From assembly GCA_005798825.1 (NCBI GenBank), contig SYIL01000018.1:134163-198162 (forward strand): a stretch of DNA of 64,000 nt. Direction: 5' to 3'. This DNA is from Bacteroidota bacterium (lineage in GTDB: Bacteria > Bacteroidota > Bacteroidia > NS11-12g > UBA955). Positions 18,133-28,671 of the stretch are shown one piece after another. Position 1 is the stretch's first letter. Every line of letters begins with the position of its first letter. Position numbers and translations under genes: made by a program. The notes beneath the pieces are model-generated. The model worked only from the letters and a program-made list of their open reading frames with translations. It did no database searches and was not told the origin of the DNA.

Positions 18133-20510
18133 ATTACAAGGGCAAATATCACTTTTTTAAGGGTAGAATTTTTACTGTGGTATTGATGCTATTTTTTTTT
18201 CAATCTTGTGGTGTTAAAAAAATTATTCCCGAGCATCAATATTTATTAAAGAAAAATAGTGTTTCTGCGGAAGGTAATAAGCCTGACCAAGGATTGTTGA
18301 ACTTACAAATATTGCATCAACCCAATAAGAGGGTATTGTTCAACAAACTGCCTGTTTATCTGTGGGCTTACGCACTGGGAACCATCAAGAATTCGAAAAA
18401 TCCACTGCAGCATGGGTATAGGTCTACACTGCCAAGCGATTCTATCGCGTGGCGAAGAAAACTGCGCAAAAAATGGGGTGAACCACCTGTTTTTGTTGAT
18501 AGCTCACTGGCAAGAATCTCTGCTGAAAATATCAATAATTACCTTTTCAATCGAGGTTATTTTGATGCCAAAACTGATTTTAGCATCCTATACAGAAATC
18601 GAAAAGCCAAGATTTTATATACAGTAAAACAGGGCATCCCTTACCGCCTTAACTCTTTTTTTCGCCAGCCAGCAGATTCTACACTCAATTCACTGATCGA
18701 TACATTGGTTGCAGAAAAAAATGCATTTCGCCTATGGTGGGAAATCGATCTTGACGAATTAAACTCTGCAAAAGAAAAACTCTCTTTGTCATTGCGTGAT
18801 CGCGGTTATTTCGATGCCAATCCCGATCTATTTCACTATGAAATTGATACACTCCATGACAAAAAAGAAGGCGCAGTTTTCTTAAAAATCGACAACCCAA
18901 TCAATCAAAAAACACTCAAAAGATACCGATACGGACCCGTTTTCTTAACCATCGAATGTTCAGAAATATACCAAACCAACGCATATCCCCAATCCGTAAC
19001 TTTGGGTGGCAATTACTTAACAATCAATCACTATCCTATCAAACCCAGCGTATTAGACAAAGTAATTTTAATCGATTCCGGAAACTGGGTAAATCAGTCT
19101 GTAACCAATCTAACTTATACCGGTCTTGTCGATATGGCATTGTTCTCCTATATCGATATGCACCAGGAAGTGGATTCTGTAAATGGGCAAATTATCACAA
19201 GAATCAAAGCGAAAGCATTGCCAAGGATTTATACCCAAATTGAACCACAAGGATTATATTCTCCCAACGGAAGTTCTGGCACGAATATGCAAACTGGAAG
19301 TCAACGAAGTTTCGGATTGGCAGGTATTGCATCTTTATCAAACAGAAATATTATGGGCAATGGAGAAAGTATTAAAATTAGTTCGATTACAAGCAATGAA
19401 GCCATTTTTAAAAGAGATAAATTGGGGAATTTTGCCTACGCCCTTCAACAGGGTTTTAATCTTACCCTATCCATGCCAAACTTTAGGTTATTGGAAAAAA
19501 TTAATGTGAAAAATCAATATCACAGACAAAATACCGTTTTTTCGTTGAGTTATCAATACGAAAAAAATCCCAATTTTATTCGTACTTCTCTTCCTGCTTC
19601 TATTTCATTTCAATTTATTCACAAAGCATTCAGTTGGTACTATACTCCCCTTGAAATTAGTTTTAATCGCAATAAAATTAGTCCGACCTTCTTGGGAAAT
19701 CTAGCCAAATTTGACCAGGATTTTGTAAAACGCGTTTTTACAGACCAAATGATTACCGCTTCAAAAATTGGCGGCATCTATACAAATAACCGAAACAATA
19801 TCGGACAAACCTATTTCTTTGGTCGAATAGGGATTGAAACATCAGGGAATTTACACCGCTTGGTTCGGTCCTTATACGAGCCCAATTTTAAGCCTGATAG
19901 CGCCTATCAATTCTTGGGCGTGAATTATTTCCAGTATACCAAAATAGAGTCTGAAATTCGAATTCGTCGATCCATTGACAATTTAAACAGCTTGGCATTT
20001 CGCGCAAATTTTGGCATGGCCATTCCCTACGGCAACAGCACAATTATTCCCTATGATAAACGCTATTTTATAGGAGGTAGTACAAGTTTAAGGGGTTGGC
20101 GCCCCCGGGGGTTGGGGCCTGGAAACACACCGGATACCGCTGCATCAATTATTGACAGATCGGGGGAATTTACCATAGAAACCAACCTGGAATACCGCTT
20201 CACTCTCATAAAAAACTTAATTGAAAGTGCCTTGTTTCTAGATGCGGGCAATATCTGGAATCTTAGCAAAGCAGGATCATCTTCTTCCGGATTTGGGGTA
20301 TTAACATCCAAAAATTTCCTCCAAGAACTGGCTTTAAACACAGGAATAGGGTTTCGATTTGACTTGAGTTTATTTATTTTTCGCGTAGATTGGGGTTTTC
20401 CCATACGAGACCCACGCAAATCCCAGTCTAAGCGTTGGGTGATGACAGGAAGTGTGAAAGATTATTTTCAAAAAACTGCAGTTGCCATCGGGATAGGCTA
20501 TCCATTCTAA
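18126..20510 (+). CDS. tamL: TamL, lipidated Omp85/BamA-TamA family translocation and assembly module protein
   Basis: Lipobox-like FQSC, GEPPV, POTRA-like region, FIGGSTSLRGWRPRGLGPG, RVDWGFP, C-terminal GIGYPF; adjacent to the TrmH-family gene. Start uncertain. Confidence 0.8.
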   Translation: MTYYKGKYHFFKGRIFTVVLMLFFFQSCGVKKIIPEHQYLLKKNSVSAEGNKPDQGLLNLQILHQPNKRVLFNKLPVYLWAYALGTIKNSKNPLQHGYRSTLPSDSIAWRRKLRKKWGEPPVFVDSSLARISAENINNYLFNRGYFDAKTDFSILYRNRKAKILYTVKQGIPYRLNSFFRQPADSTLNSLIDTLVAEKNAFRLWWEIDLDELNSAKEKLSLSLRDRGYFDANPDLFHYEIDTLHDKKEGAVFLKIDNPINQKTLKRYRYGPVFLTIECSEIYQTNAYPQSVTLGGNYLTINHYPIKPSVLDKVILIDSGNWVNQSVTNLTYTGLVDMALFSYIDMHQEVDSVNGQIITRIKAKALPRIYTQIEPQGLYSPNGSSGTNMQTGSQRSFGLAGIASLSNRNIMGNGESIKISSITSNEAIFKRDKLGNFAYALQQGFNLTLSMPNFRLLEKINVKNQYHRQNTVFSLSYQYEKNPNFIRTSLPASISFQFIHKAFSWYYTPLEISFNRNKISPTFLGNLAKFDQDFVKRVFTDQMITASKIGGIYTNNRNNIGQTYFFGRIGIETSGNLHRLVRSLYEPNFKPDSAYQFLGVNYFQYTKIESEIRIRRSIDNLNSLAFRANFGMAIPYGNSTIIPYDKRYFIGGSTSLRGWRPRGLGPGNTPDTAASIIDRSGEFTIETNLEYRFTLIKNLIESALFLDAGNIWNLSKAGSSSSGFGVLTSKNFLQELALNTGIGFRFDLSLFIFRVDWGFPIRDPRKSQSKRWVMTGSVKDYFQKTAVAIGIGYPF

Positions 20511-20591
20511 AGAACCCACGCACACGCCCTTGATTCGAAACTCCAACTGGCAATTTTTAGTGCTGCTAAATCATACCAACACAAGCAAAAC

Positions 20592-21146
20592 ATGAACTCC
20601 AAACTACTTGTTAAGAATGTCACGCTGAAATTGGGTCGTAAAAAAATGTATTCGAAATCCTTGCTCTGCATCACATATTTAATGTTTACTTTCTTCTTCG
20701 TGCCACAACTTGGAGCCCAAATAGACACATCCTTTAATCCTAAAAATACAAAAATTGATGCAATAAACACCTTGCTCACCGAGGCATTTCAACACCTTAA
20801 AACTCCTTATCGCAGTGGAGGGAAAAATCCTAAAGGATTCGATTGTAGTGGATTTGTTGCCTATTGTTACTACACAACCTTGGGAATAATAACACCCCCA
20901 AGTTCATCATTATACTATAACGTTGGAATACATATAAATAACAACCAAGCGCGGCCTGGAGATATAGTTTGTTTTACTGGCTCCAATGCCAGTAGACGCA
21001 TAATCGGTCATGTGGGTATTATAACAGAAGTCAGTCCAACAGAAATTTTTTTTATACATTCGGCATTAAAGGGAGGTATAATAATAGATCACATCAGTAG
21101 CACCTATTATCGATTGCGTTTTATGGATATACGCCGTTTGTTTTAA
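20592..21146 (+). CDS. NlpC/P60 (C40) cell-wall peptidase
   Basis: PYRSGG..GFDCSGFV (catalytic Cys), GHVGI, FIHS. Confidence 0.92.
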   Translation: MNSKLLVKNVTLKLGRKKMYSKSLLCITYLMFTFFFVPQLGAQIDTSFNPKNTKIDAINTLLTEAFQHLKTPYRSGGKNPKGFDCSGFVAYCYYTTLGIITPPSSSLYYNVGIHINNNQARPGDIVCFTGSNASRRIIGHVGIITEVSPTEIFFIHSALKGGIIIDHISSTYYRLRFMDIRRLF

Positions 21147-21215
21147 AACCTGCACTACAATCATGAATCCCTTGTATTTCTATAGCAAAAATCAAGACTA
21201 TATTTTTAAAACATA

Positions 21216-23798
21216 CTAGGGTTTCTTATCCGTGGCCTTGGCACCCTTTACTACTTTTAATGCTTTCACTTTGGGTGTCTTTAAAGCTTTAATTTGGGGA
21301 ATATTGGTCGGCGTGAAACTCAATTCTTCCGATCCCTCGACGCAATCAACCAATAATTGATTGCCCTCCTTCAGACTACCTTGTAAGACCTTCTCCGCCA
21401 AAGGTTCTTCCAGGTATTTTTGCAAGGCACGTTGCAAGGGGCGGGCGCCGAATTCAACGTCATAGCCTTTGTCTGCTAAAAAATCTTTGGCAGCATCAGT
21501 TAAAGAAATATGGTACCCAATGTCTTCAATACGCTTGAGCATTTTAACCATTCTCACATCCAATATTTTAACAATTTCTTCTTTTGACAATGAATTGAAT
21601 ACAATAACATCGTCAATCCTATTTAAGAATTCAGGTGAGAAAAATTTGCGCAATTGAGCCTCGATTACCTGTTTTGAATCGGAATCCTGGCTATCCTTTT
21701 TCGCTGAGGTCCCGAAACCGACACCAGTGCCAAACTCTTTTAATTGACGTGAACCAATGTTCGATGTCATAATAATAACAGTATTGCAAAAATCAATCGT
21801 TCTTCCCATCGAATCGGTCATTTTCCCTTCATCCAAAACTTGCAAGAGCAAATTAAAGACATCGGGATGGGCCTTTTCAACTTCATCAAACAATACAACA
21901 CTATAAGGTTTGCGACGAACTTTTTCGGTCAGTAATCCCCCTTCCTCATAGCCAACATAACCTGGAGGTGCACCCACCAATCGACTGATAGAGAATTTTT
22001 CCATAAACTCACTCATGTCTATCCGGATCATGGCATCATCTGAATCGAACAAGAACTGGCTCAATGCTTTGGCCAATTCTGTTTTCCCGACACCAGTAGG
22101 ACCTAAAAAAATAAATGAGCCAATCGGTCTATTGGGTTCTTTGAAACCTGCACGGGCTCTCTGAATGGTTTTGGTTAATTTTTCAACAGATTTATCTTGA
22201 CCAATCACACGACTCCTGAGGGTTTCAGACATTTTTAACAAGCGGCTACTTTCTCCTTCTGCCATTCGCTTTACTGGAATCCCTGTTATCATACTAATAA
22301 CTTCTGCGATGTCGTCCTCGGTAACCGGAAACTTTTCCAACTCACTTTGATTTTCCCATACTGCCTTTGCAGTTTCTAAATCTTCGATGAGACGCTTTTC
22401 TGTGTCGCGCAATTTGGCAGCTTCCTCAAAATTCTGACTTTTAACAACGCGATTTTTCTCAAGTTTTATTGCCTCTATTTGATTCTCTAATTCTAAAATA
22501 TCAGGGGGTACATTAATGTTGTTTATATGCACTCGGGCACCCGCTTCATCTAAAATATCGATGGCTTTGTCAGGTAAGTGTCTAGAGCTCATATAACGAA
22601 CACTCAAATTAACACAAGCATGAAGAGCCTCCGAAGAATATTTGACCCCATGGTGCTCCTCGTATTTGTCACATATATTGTGTAAAATCTCGATGGTTTC
22701 TTCGGGGGATGCAGGCTCAATAAGTACCATTTGAAAACGCCGTTCCAAGGCACCATCTTTTTCAATATGTTGTCTGTATTCATCCAATGTGGTGGCACCA
22801 ATACATTGAATCTCACCACGCGCCAATGCGGGTTTAAACATATTGCTTGCATCCAAAGAGCCACTGGCTCCTCCAGCGCCTACTATTGTATGAATTTCAT
22901 CAATAAAAAGAATTACGTCATCAGCTTTTTCCAATTCCATCATCAAAGCCTTCATGCGTTCTTCGAATTGACCTCTGTATTTGGTTCCTGCCACCATGCT
23001 CGCAATATCAAGATTTACAACCCTTTTATTAAACAACACTCGGCTCACCTTGCGTTGCATAATTCGCAGAGCAAGACCTTCTGCAATGGCAGTTTTTCCA
23101 ACCCCAGGCTCACCAATTAAAACAGGGTTATTTTTTTTGCGCCGACTCAGAACCTGACTTACCCGTTCTATCTCTTTCTCTCTGCCAACAATTGGATCGA
23201 GCTTTCCCTCTTCTGCAGCTTTGGTTAGATCACGTCCAAAATTATCCAAGACAGGAGTTTTGGTTTTGCTTTTGCTTTTCTTTGCATCAGCAGATTTCTG
23301 CTCTTCCCTGTAAAAATCTTCTGGTGTTTCATTTTCTTCATTCGGAAATTCAACCCTTGTATTGTCAACCCCGTCTTCTAGGGTAGACTTAAAAATATCG
23401 TAGTTTACACCAAATTGAGATAGAATTCTAGACGCAACATTGTCTTCATCACGCAAAATCGAGAGCAACAAATGTTCAGTTCCAATTAAGTCGGTTTTGA
23501 AAATCTTGGCTTCGAGATAGGTGATTTTTAGCGCTTTTTCGGCTTGTTTTGTGAGGGGTATATTGCCCAGATTAACCGATTTGCTGGCTGTAGTACGAAT
23601 GGCATCTTCGATGCTTTTCTTTAGGCGAAGCGAATCAATATCCAACATCTTGATGGTCTGAATGGCTTTGCCTTGACCTTCACGAATGATTCCCAACAAC
23701 AAATGTTCACAACCAATATAGTCATGTCCCAAGCGGATTGCCTCTTCCCTACTAAATTGAATAACCTCTTTTACCCTCTGAGAAAACTTTGCTTCCAT
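21216..23798 (-). CDS. clpC: ATP-dependent Clp protease ATP-binding subunit
   Basis: Clp N repeats, GEPGVGKT and GPTGVGKT Walker A motifs, UVR-like coiled coil, FGARPL. ATG 23798 (MEAKFSQRV) preferred. Confidence 0.95.
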   Translation of the reverse strand: MEAKFSQRVKEVIQFSREEAIRLGHDYIGCEHLLLGIIREGQGKAIQTIKMLDIDSLRLKKSIEDAIRTTASKSVNLGNIPLTKQAEKALKITYLEAKIFKTDLIGTEHLLLSILRDEDNVASRILSQFGVNYDIFKSTLEDGVDNTRVEFPNEENETPEDFYREEQKSADAKKSKSKTKTPVLDNFGRDLTKAAEEGKLDPIVGREKEIERVSQVLSRRKKNNPVLIGEPGVGKTAIAEGLALRIMQRKVSRVLFNKRVVNLDIASMVAGTKYRGQFEERMKALMMELEKADDVILFIDEIHTIVGAGGASGSLDASNMFKPALARGEIQCIGATTLDEYRQHIEKDGALERRFQMVLIEPASPEETIEILHNICDKYEEHHGVKYSSEALHACVNLSVRYMSSRHLPDKAIDILDEAGARVHINNINVPPDILELENQIEAIKLEKNRVVKSQNFEEAAKLRDTEKRLIEDLETAKAVWENQSELEKFPVTEDDIAEVISMITGIPVKRMAEGESSRLLKMSETLRSRVIGQDKSVEKLTKTIQRARAGFKEPNRPIGSFIFLGPTGVGKTELAKALSQFLFDSDDAMIRIDMSEFMEKFSISRLVGAPPGYVGYEEGGLLTEKVRRKPYSVVLFDEVEKAHPDVFNLLLQVLDEGKMTDSMGRTIDFCNTVIIMTSNIGSRQLKEFGTGVGFGTSAKKDSQDSDSKQVIEAQLRKFFSPEFLNRIDDVIVFNSLSKEEIVKILDVRMVKMLKRIEDIGYHISLTDAAKDFLADKGYDVEFGARPLQRALQKYLEEPLAEKVLQGSLKEGNQLLVDCVEGSEELSFTPTNIPQIKALKTPKVKALKVVKGAKATDKKP

Positions 23799-24061
23799 TG
23801 TGCCTCTTATTGAATACAAATATAATCCCCGTTTAACTTATTTCGGATATCAAAAACAAACAAGTGAATAAACTGTATGTTTTCGCAGAAAACTTTAACG
23901 AAACCCTTTGCTATTTTCCCGCGTAGACCAGCACAAAATCTGCCAATATTCACTTTACGATCGCACACATACTGTAGAATTATTGTTGGCGTAAAAATGT
24001 TCAAAAGTTTTGTTTTAGGTTGCTGCAATTGGAAATCATTTCGATTTACTTTGTAGGTCTA

Positions 24062-25639
24062 ATGGACGATAAAACGAACTACACCGGAGGTAAAAGGAAA
24101 GTTAATATTTCGCAAATTATCGGCCCTGACCCCAGTGGCAGAATGCCACCAAATACGCGAGAATTAGAAGAAGCTGTTTTGGGTGCAATGATGCTGGAGC
24201 GAGATAAAATACACTCCGTTATAGACATATTAACTGAAAAACATTTTTACGCACCTGAAAATAGTATCGTATTCAAAGCCATTAAAAAACTGTATACTGA
24301 TGCTGGCGCCATCGATTTACTCACTGTAGCCAATGAACTTCGCAACAGTGCCGAATTGGATATAATCGGTGGCCCTTATTATTTAGCACAACTGACAAAC
24401 CGTGTTTCTTCTGCAGCCAATCTCGACTTCCATTCCCGAATCCTAACCCAAAAATTTGTTCAACGTGAGTTAATTCGTGTTTCAGGTGAAATATCCGTTG
24501 AAGCTTACGATGATTCGGTCGATTCATTTGAAATGCTCGATGGCTGTGAGCGGAAATTATACGAAATTAAAAATGTTGGTCTTAAGCAAACATTTCGAGG
24601 AATTAGCGATTTGATTACCCAAGCCATGAAAGACCTCGAAGCACGGCAAAATACCGATACCGATGGAATTACGGGTGTGGCTTCAGGTTTTTCAGATCTA
24701 GACCGCATAACCAGTGGTTGGCAACCCAGTGATTTGATTATCATTGCCGCAAGACCTGGAATGGGTAAAACTGCGTTTGCATCCTCTGTGATGAGAAATG
24801 CCGCAGTAGATTTTGGTAAAAAAGTCATGATATTTTCGTTGGAGATGGCCGATGTTCAGTTGGTGAATCGGCTCATCAGCGGTGAAAGTGAAATAGAAAG
24901 TGAAAAAATCAAAAAAAGCAATTTAACAGAGCAAGAATGGGCCAGATTACATGAAAAAACTGTTCGCTTGAGCGCAGCTAATATATTTATAGACGATACT
25001 CCCCAGCTGAGCATATTTGACTTAAATGCAAAATGTCGGCGCATACATTCACAAACTGGCTTGGATTTGGTGGTGGTCGATTACCTCCAACTCTTGCGCC
25101 ATGAAACGAAAGGCCAAACAAACCGTGAACAAGAAATTGCATTTATTTCACGGGCATTGAAAGGCTTGGCAAAAGAGCTACGGATTCCAATAATTGCCCT
25201 TGCTCAATTGAGCAGAGAGGTTGAAAAACGGGGGAACAAACGTCCACAACTTTCCGATTTGCGCGAATCAGGGTCTATAGAACAAGATGCAGACATGGTT
25301 TTATTCTTATACCGTGAAGATTATTACCTAAAAATGGGGATGCAAGACCAAGGTCAGCAGTCAACTGATGATGCCAACGACAATAATATTGTGGGGCTGA
25401 CAGAAATAATCATCGGTAAAAACCGGCATGGTGAACAAGGATCTGCTTTTGTAAAGTTTGAAGGCCAATTTACAAAATTTGTTGATCTTGAACCCCAAGA
25501 TAGGGTTCAACTGAGCATGAAAAATAACAGCGATTACAATAGATCAAGACAACAAAGTGTAACCGTCCAGAGCAAAATGAACAACAACAATTTGGATGAC
25601 AATTCAGGAATGACACCCAATATTTTAGAAGATTTCTAG
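24062..25639 (+). CDS. dnaB: Replicative DNA helicase (no intein)
   Basis: LEEAVLGAMML, AARPGMGKT, DYLQL, LAQLSR, DLRESGSIEQDAD, KNRHG. Confidence 0.97.
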   Translation: MDDKTNYTGGKRKVNISQIIGPDPSGRMPPNTRELEEAVLGAMMLERDKIHSVIDILTEKHFYAPENSIVFKAIKKLYTDAGAIDLLTVANELRNSAELDIIGGPYYLAQLTNRVSSAANLDFHSRILTQKFVQRELIRVSGEISVEAYDDSVDSFEMLDGCERKLYEIKNVGLKQTFRGISDLITQAMKDLEARQNTDTDGITGVASGFSDLDRITSGWQPSDLIIIAARPGMGKTAFASSVMRNAAVDFGKKVMIFSLEMADVQLVNRLISGESEIESEKIKKSNLTEQEWARLHEKTVRLSAANIFIDDTPQLSIFDLNAKCRRIHSQTGLDLVVVDYLQLLRHETKGQTNREQEIAFISRALKGLAKELRIPIIALAQLSREVEKRGNKRPQLSDLRESGSIEQDADMVLFLYREDYYLKMGMQDQGQQSTDDANDNNIVGLTEIIIGKNRHGEQGSAFVKFEGQFTKFVDLEPQDRVQLSMKNNSDYNRSRQQSVTVQSKMNNNNLDDNSGMTPNILEDF

Positions 25640-27150
25640 TTTTGGCTCTTTGGGGGCAGCTTCAAAGCAAATACTTGGTTTACCCCACTGGCGGTAAAAC
25701 CTTCTATGGAAATAGTACCTGTTGTTGATTTTAAATACGTTACCACATCCTTAGCCGAATACACAGGCTCGTTATTGATAAATACAATAACAAATCCACT
25801 GCTTATACCAACATCTTTAAAAATGCCTTTGCCTATATCTTTTACTTTTACTCCATATTTTATGCCCAAAGCCATTTTCTCTTCACGCGAAGCATTTACC
25901 AAATTCATCCCCAAATATGCTTCGGTTTCATCTGCGCTTGCCATGTCTACTTTGGCTTTTCCATCGGTATTCAATAAAATTGTTTCAATATCAAGAAGCG
26001 TTTTTTTGCGGCGAATCGTAATTATTACTTTGTCTCCTGGGCGGTATTTCCCTACTTCTTCTTGGAGGCGACTAGACGTGTTCACTTCTGTTCCTGCTAC
26101 CTTAAGAATTACATCACCTTGTTTAATACCAGATTTTTCTGCTGCACCCCCTTGTATTAGATCGGCAACAAAAACCCCTTTCAAATCTGACAATCCATAC
26201 TCCAATGCAAGCTCCTGTGAAATTTCACGAATTGAAACCCCCAATAAAGCTCTTTGTACCTTGCCAAAATTCATGATGTCATTTACAACTTTCTTCAGCA
26301 GATTTACTGGAATAGCAAAGCCATAGCCAGCATAAGAACCTGTTTCTGAAGCGATGGCCGTATTGATCCCAATCAGTTCACCCGCAACGTTTACTAGTGC
26401 ACCACCACTATTTCCAGGATTTATAGCAGCATCTGTTTGAATAAAATTCTCGATAGCATAGTTATTGCCTTTCGATCGAATGAGGTCTATATTTCGACCC
26501 ATTGCACTTACAATTCCTAAGGTAACGGTACTATTGAGATTTAATGGGTTGCCCACGGCAATGACCCATTGACCTACTTTAACTGCATCTGAATTTCCCA
26601 ATTTCAAAAACGGTAAGGATTTTTCAGGAATGCGCAACAGGGCAATATCGGTATTGGGGTCGGTACCCACCAATTCTGCTTCATAAGATCGTTTATCATT
26701 TAATACAATAACTATCTTAGAAGCACCTTCTATAACATGATTGTTTGTAACTATAAATCCATCCTCGCTGAGGATCACACCAGATCCACTGGCTTCTCGT
26801 GGACTAGGCCTTTGTTGTTCGAATCCTGGACCATAAAAGAATTCGAAAGGATCCATAGGCATCTGTTGATTGCGACCATTATTTCCCATTGCACTTCCGG
26901 AATTTTTTATGGTGGATATTATATGAACAACTGCTGGATTGGCAATTTCACAAACCCCCGTAAAATCAAAAGCGGGTGTGGAACTTAAACTGGCATACCT
27001 TGCCTGTTGCCCAACTGCATTCTGTTTCTCTTCAATTGACACGACTTGCTTGGGAACAAGGGAAAAATATGCCCACAAACTGGCTACGCCACCCAAAAGT
27101 CCTGCTAAAAATAATGGCAATAATTTCTTGTTTTCTACAAATAACTTCAT
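25636..27150 (-). CDS. htrA: DegP/HtrA (Do family) serine protease with two PDZ domains
   Basis: Catalytic triad TNNHV, TDIALL, GNSGG; QTDAAINPG; two PDZ-like regions. Confidence 0.93.
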   Translation of the reverse strand: MKLFVENKKLLPLFLAGLLGGVASLWAYFSLVPKQVVSIEEKQNAVGQQARYASLSSTPAFDFTGVCEIANPAVVHIISTIKNSGSAMGNNGRNQQMPMDPFEFFYGPGFEQQRPSPREASGSGVILSEDGFIVTNNHVIEGASKIVIVLNDKRSYEAELVGTDPNTDIALLRIPEKSLPFLKLGNSDAVKVGQWVIAVGNPLNLNSTVTLGIVSAMGRNIDLIRSKGNNYAIENFIQTDAAINPGNSGGALVNVAGELIGINTAIASETGSYAGYGFAIPVNLLKKVVNDIMNFGKVQRALLGVSIREISQELALEYGLSDLKGVFVADLIQGGAAEKSGIKQGDVILKVAGTEVNTSSRLQEEVGKYRPGDKVIITIRRKKTLLDIETILLNTDGKAKVDMASADETEAYLGMNLVNASREEKMALGIKYGVKVKDIGKGIFKDVGISSGFVIVFINNEPVYSAKDVVTYLKSTTGTISIEGFTASGVNQVFALKLPPKSQN

Positions 27151-27264
27151 GCACTAATATACATCAAATTTTATACCGAATTTTACGCATAAAAGATTCA
27201 TCTTCGTTTACTTTGTATTCGAAAAAAATCATTTTTATCTACAAAGGTATTTTTTACTGTATTA

Positions 27265-28671
27265 ATGGCAGCCACAACCGTATCCTATTCCAACGTTCTT
27301 AAACGCATTAAAGAAGCAGACCGGGAGGTACTCGTCGAATTATACCTCAAAAACGAAGTTTCTATTTCAAATTTTATACGCAAACAAGGTGGAACCAAAA
27401 ATCATGCAAAAGAAATACTGCAACAAACCTTAGTGCTTTTATGGCAAAATTCGCGCAGAACGCCATTTGAATTACCTGCAAAATTAGATCGATATTTACT
27501 GTCCCTTTGCAAAGAAATCTGGTCAAAAAGCCTGGCGAATCCTGTCACTATTCCAGTTGAGGAAATATCCTTTGGAGAGAACACAATTGCTTTTGATCCC
27601 AACAAAACGATTCCCCTAGGGCAAAAATCAGTAGATGAGTTTCCATCGTATTCGACGCAAGAGAAAAAAGATTTTACTGTCTTTGAACGTGCATTTGATT
27701 TGATGGAAGATCAATCTAGAAATATTTTGATTATGTATTATTTTGATAGGTTTGACTTAGACACAATTGCCAAGGCAAACGGACTCAAGAATGCACCTGA
27801 AGCCTCAGCGAAAAAAAAAGAGTGCTTGGAACAACTTCAAGCCCTCACAGTTGAAAACCACACCCCTACTGATGGCGATAGAATATGGCTAAACGATGAG
27901 CGCATTGGACAATATATAGATGGTGAGATGTCCCAAGAGCAAGTCCATGATTTCTTGATGGAGATTCGTGAACATTCTGGTGTATTGCAGCATATACAAA
28001 TTCAACAATTTATTATCGAAGGAATCCAATATGATGGTGCAAAAGAATTGACCGATTTTATAGCGAACCGCGTATTAGAAGATAAGGAAAATAGACTTGG
28101 GAAACGCAATATTTGGAACTCAATCCTAGGCATTTCAATTCTTTTGCTAATTGGTTTCTTTCTGTCAACCTTTTACAATAAAAAATCCTTATCAGATCGA
28201 TCTCTCGAAGCCAACAACCAAAACAGTCAAGAAAAAATAATTGAAACCCAACAGCGTAAAAAAAGTTCCACACCATTTTTAGAAAAAGCACCGTTTGGAT
28301 TGGATTCACTAAAAACCCAAAAAATGGATATTATTACCATACAAATTGGGAGTGATTCTTTGCCCGAAGTACATTCTGACTCATTTGCCTTTTCCAAACC
28401 GGTCGTTCCATTTATTCGCAATTTTTCTGTTCGTTTAACCGAATCTAAAGGTCCTTCTAATCCCACAATTTATACTGATTCACTCTATGAAAATTCGATT
28501 GCTCTTACCCTTCTTAATATAGGTTCCGACAATATTTTAATTTTTTTTATGAAAGATAAATATTATATTCAATTGGGTCAAGATTTCTACGAATTATCAA
28601 CGTTGGCTAATACCATATCACCCTTGACCCCTATTTCAAACCAAACCCTGTTAAAACAGCTAAAACAATGA
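27265..28671 (+). CDS. ECF sigma-70 factor fused to an anti-sigma-like membrane module
   Basis: aa ~11-90 resemble sigma region 2; aa ~140-194 resemble region 4 (RNILIMYYF..TIAKANGLKNAPEASAKKKECLEQL); aa ~213-265 IGQYIDGEMS resemble an anti-sigma N terminus; TM at aa ~284-304; then an extracytoplasmic tail. Confidence 0.7.
   Translation: MAATTVSYSNVLKRIKEADREVLVELYLKNEVSISNFIRKQGGTKNHAKEILQQTLVLLWQNSRRTPFELPAKLDRYLLSLCKEIWSKSLANPVTIPVEEISFGENTIAFDPNKTIPLGQKSVDEFPSYSTQEKKDFTVFERAFDLMEDQSRNILIMYYFDRFDLDTIAKANGLKNAPEASAKKKECLEQLQALTVENHTPTDGDRIWLNDERIGQYIDGEMSQEQVHDFLMEIREHSGVLQHIQIQQFIIEGIQYDGAKELTDFIANRVLEDKENRLGKRNIWNSILGISILLLIGFFLSTFYNKKSLSDRSLEANNQNSQEKIIETQQRKKSSTPFLEKAPFGLDSLKTQKMDIITIQIGSDSLPEVHSDSFAFSKPVVPFIRNFSVRLTESKGPSNPTIYTDSLYENSIALTLLNIGSDNILIFFMKDKYYIQLGQDFYELSTLANTISPLTPISNQTLLKQLKQ

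Noticed and set aside
24062-25639. Intein in DnaB
   Set aside because: Length (525 aa) and continuous helicase motifs leave no room for one; no splicing motifs seen.
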